This document shows positions 62,057 through 64,000 of a stretch of 64,000 bases of DNA, piece after piece (positions within the stretch are counted from its first letter, which is position 1; the number at the start of each line of letters is the position of its first letter). Under the pieces are notes generated by a model. It was not told the DNA's origin, ran no database searches, and saw only the letters and a list, made by a program, of their open reading frames with translations. The position numbers were made by a program, and so were the translations under genes. Origin of the DNA: Anaeromyxobacter sp. (GTDB taxonomy: Bacteria > Myxococcota > Myxococcia > Myxococcales > Anaeromyxobacteraceae); assembly GCA_049840735.1 (NCBI GenBank), contig JASGJN010000025.1, positions 32,001-96,000 of the forward strand. Direction: 5' to 3'.

Positions 62057-63031
62057 TCAGCGCGGCGCGCCGGCGCTGGCCCGGGCGTCCGTGTTCCCGT
62101 ACACGGCCAGCCGGATGGAGCCCTTGGCGTCGCGCTTGGCGGTGTACATCAGCTCGTCGGCGCGCGCCATCAGCTCGTCCACGTCCTCGGGCGGCGTGAG
62201 GAAGACCGCCGCGCCCACCGAGAACCCGACCGACCAGGCGCCGTGCCGGGCCACGGCCGTGAGCAGCGTGGCCTTGAGCCGCTCCAGCAGCGCGCCGGCC
62301 ATGGGCGCGTCGGTCTCGGGCAGGATCAGCCCGAACTCGTCGCCGCCCAGCCGCGCCACCGCGTCCACCGCGCGCGTCGCGTTGCGCAGCGTCTGGCCGA
62401 TGGTGACCAGCAGCGCGTCGCCCTCGGCGTGGCCCAGCCGGTCGTTGATCAGCTTGAAGTCGTCGCAGTCCACGTAGGCCACGGTGATGGGCCGGCCGTG
62501 GCGCCGCGCGCGCTCCAGCTCCAGCGCGGCGGCCTCGAAGAAGGCGCGGCGGTTGGCGATCTGCGTGAGGGCGTCGGTGCGGGCCAGCAGCTCCTCCGCC
62601 TCCAGCCGCCCCTTGAGCGCGCCCAGCATCAGCGCCAGGGCCACCGCCGTGCCGGCCAGCATCACGCCGTTCCAGATCAGCACCGCGATGGTGGGGTCGT
62701 CCAGGTGGTGGTGGTGGCGGTAGAGCAGGTCCATGCCCGAGGACAGGACCGCGCTGGCCACGGCCAGCACGATGCCGCCGCGCAGGGAGGCGAACCAGGT
62801 GCCCAGGCCGATGGGGGCCAGGTAGAAGAGGATCAACGACACGTCGCCGCGGGTGAGATAGTCGGTGGCGGCGACGCACAGGATCATCCCCAGCGCCGCC
62901 AGCCACCAGCCGCCCGCCGTCAGCGCCGCCGGGACCGCCCCGCGCGCGTCCGGGATCGCCACCAGCCCGCGGTCGAGCGGAGGTGGGGACGGTGGGGGCG
63001 TCGGGGCCCCGTTCGGGCGCTCAGATGTCAC
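62057..63031 (-). CDS. Membrane-anchored diguanylate cyclase
   Basis: About 4 TMs; TDALT..NRR; D.DDFKLINDRLGHAEGD; RLGGDEF; start codon uncertain. Confidence 0.9.
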   Translation of the reverse strand: MTSERPNGAPTPPPSPPPLDRGLVAIPDARGAVPAALTAGGWWLAALGMILCVAATDYLTRGDVSLILFYLAPIGLGTWFASLRGGIVLAVASAVLSSGMDLLYRHHHHLDDPTIAVLIWNGVMLAGTAVALALMLGALKGRLEAEELLARTDALTQIANRRAFFEAAALELERARRHGRPITVAYVDCDDFKLINDRLGHAEGDALLVTIGQTLRNATRAVDAVARLGGDEFGLILPETDAPMAGALLERLKATLLTAVARHGAWSVGFSVGAAVFLTPPEDVDELMARADELMYTAKRDAKGSIRLAVYGNTDARASAGAPR

Positions 63032-63205
63032 GCGAAATCGTTTGTCTAGGAGGCCATGGGGGCTGGCGCTGTCAAGACTGCCAGCCGCCCACCTTTGCCC
63101 CCATTCCGCGTGACGCTTCAATTACTTACGGTGAAAAACACCCTCCCGGGACGCACGGGCCTCCGCGCGCGGCCCGGGCGGAGGGTGGGCCGGGCCGGTG
63201 ACGGC

Positions 63206-63243
63206 TTCACGAACCCGTGCCGGCGACGCCATGGTCCCGTCAC
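63206..63243 (+). promoter_or_regulatory. Candidate Pho-box-like 11-bp periodic direct repeats
   Basis: TTCAC(63206), GTGCC(63217), GCCAT(63228), GTCAC(63239) upstream of the PhoB-like gene. Confidence 0.4.
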
Positions 63244-63268
63244 AGGGGCAGGTGTAAAGGTTCGTCCC

Positions 63269-63965
63269 GTGACGGCCATCCTCCTCGTGGACGACGAGCG
63301 CGACCTGCTCTCCCTGCTCGACTTCAACCTCCGCGCGGCCGGTTACGAGACCCTGCTGGCCACCACCGGCGAGCAGGCGCTCGCGCACCTCCGCCGCCGC
63401 ATCCCGGACCTGATCCTGCTGGACGTGATGCTGCCCGACCTCTCCGGCACCGAGATTTGCCCGGGAGATCGAGGGTGACCCCCGCACCAGGCACGTGCCG
63501 GTGGTGATGCTCACCGCCCGCGGCGACGAGGTGGACCGGGTGGTCGGGTTCGAGATCGGCGCCGACGACTACGTCACCAAGCCGTTCAGCGTCCGGGAGC
63601 TGGTGCTGCGGCTCAAGGCGGTGCTGCGCCGGAGCGGCGGCGCGCGGCCCGCGGACAGGCCGCCGGAGTCGGTGGGGCCCATCCGCGTGGACGTGGACGC
63701 CCACCGCGCCTTCGTGGACGGGGCCGAGGTGACGCTGACGCCGCTGGAGTTCAAGCTGCTCACCACGCTCATGTCGCGGCTGGGCCGCGTGCAGTCGCGC
63801 GAGCAGCTGCTGGAGGACGTCTGGGAGATGTCCTCCGAGGTGGAGACCCGCACCGTGGACACCCACGTGAAGCGGCTGCGCGAGAAGCTGGGCTCGGGGC
63901 GGGACCTGCTCGAGACCGTGCGCGGCATCGGCTACCGGCTGGTGGACCCCGGCGACAAGGCCTAG
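63269..63965 (+). CDS. phoB: PhoB-like OmpR family response regulator; apparent frameshift near 63460
   Basis: ILLVDDE; LLDVMLP; MLTARGDEVDRVVGFEIGADDYVTKPF; ETRTVDTHVKRLREKL; TVRGIGY. Confidence 0.85.
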
Positions 63966-63969
63966 CCGC

Positions 63970-64000
63970 ATGCTCCACCGCACCCCGCTCGCCGCCGCCA
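63970..64000 (+). CDS. Start of downstream gene, probably the cognate histidine kinase (truncated by window)
   Basis: ATG 4 nt after the regulator stop; positional inference only. Confidence 0.35.
   Translation, partial: MLHRTPLAAA

Noticed and set aside
63056..63105. c-di-GMP riboswitch upstream of the GGDEF gene
   Set aside because: A GGCTGGC/GCCAGCC hairpin and GGCAAA are present, but no GNRA-capped P2 or second GCAAA element; it contains TTGACA and is more likely promoter sequence.

Overview
Very GC-rich chromosomal window from a Myxococcota bacterium, Anaeromyxobacter-like by gene content (DUF4388, MshEN-only protein, DUF4292-type lipoprotein, ExbBD). It holds about 60 mostly housekeeping or envelope genes (ppnP, DsbA, TusA/ThiI-like, ppdK, PBP, MaoC pair, serC, ApaG, Sir2, POT transporters, Lhr, ACAD/APH cluster, GGDEF, PhoB). 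No rRNA, tRNA, CRISPR array or transposase was seen. Main points: (1) a probable secreted thioredoxin-fold/TPR-like selenoprotein with an in-frame UGA in a W-U-P-S-C motif (57443-58756), missed by the ORF track; (2) a four-gene operon of PspA (ESCRT-III family), a classical AAA+ ATPase, a membrane coiled-coil protein and a solute-binding/OmpA fusion; (3) about 16 copies of a REP-like element with covarying stems, occurring as inverted pairs, nested forms, tandem arrays and two in-frame insertions in genes; (4) a lower-GC HTH plus DUF6036-like nucleotidyltransferase pair resembling a type IV TA module; (5) about 12 of about 15 apparent frameshifts sit at GATC sites, probably methylation-linked basecalling errors rather than pseudogenes; (6) many genes look leaderless. 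Family calls are from motif recognition by eye, not database searches.
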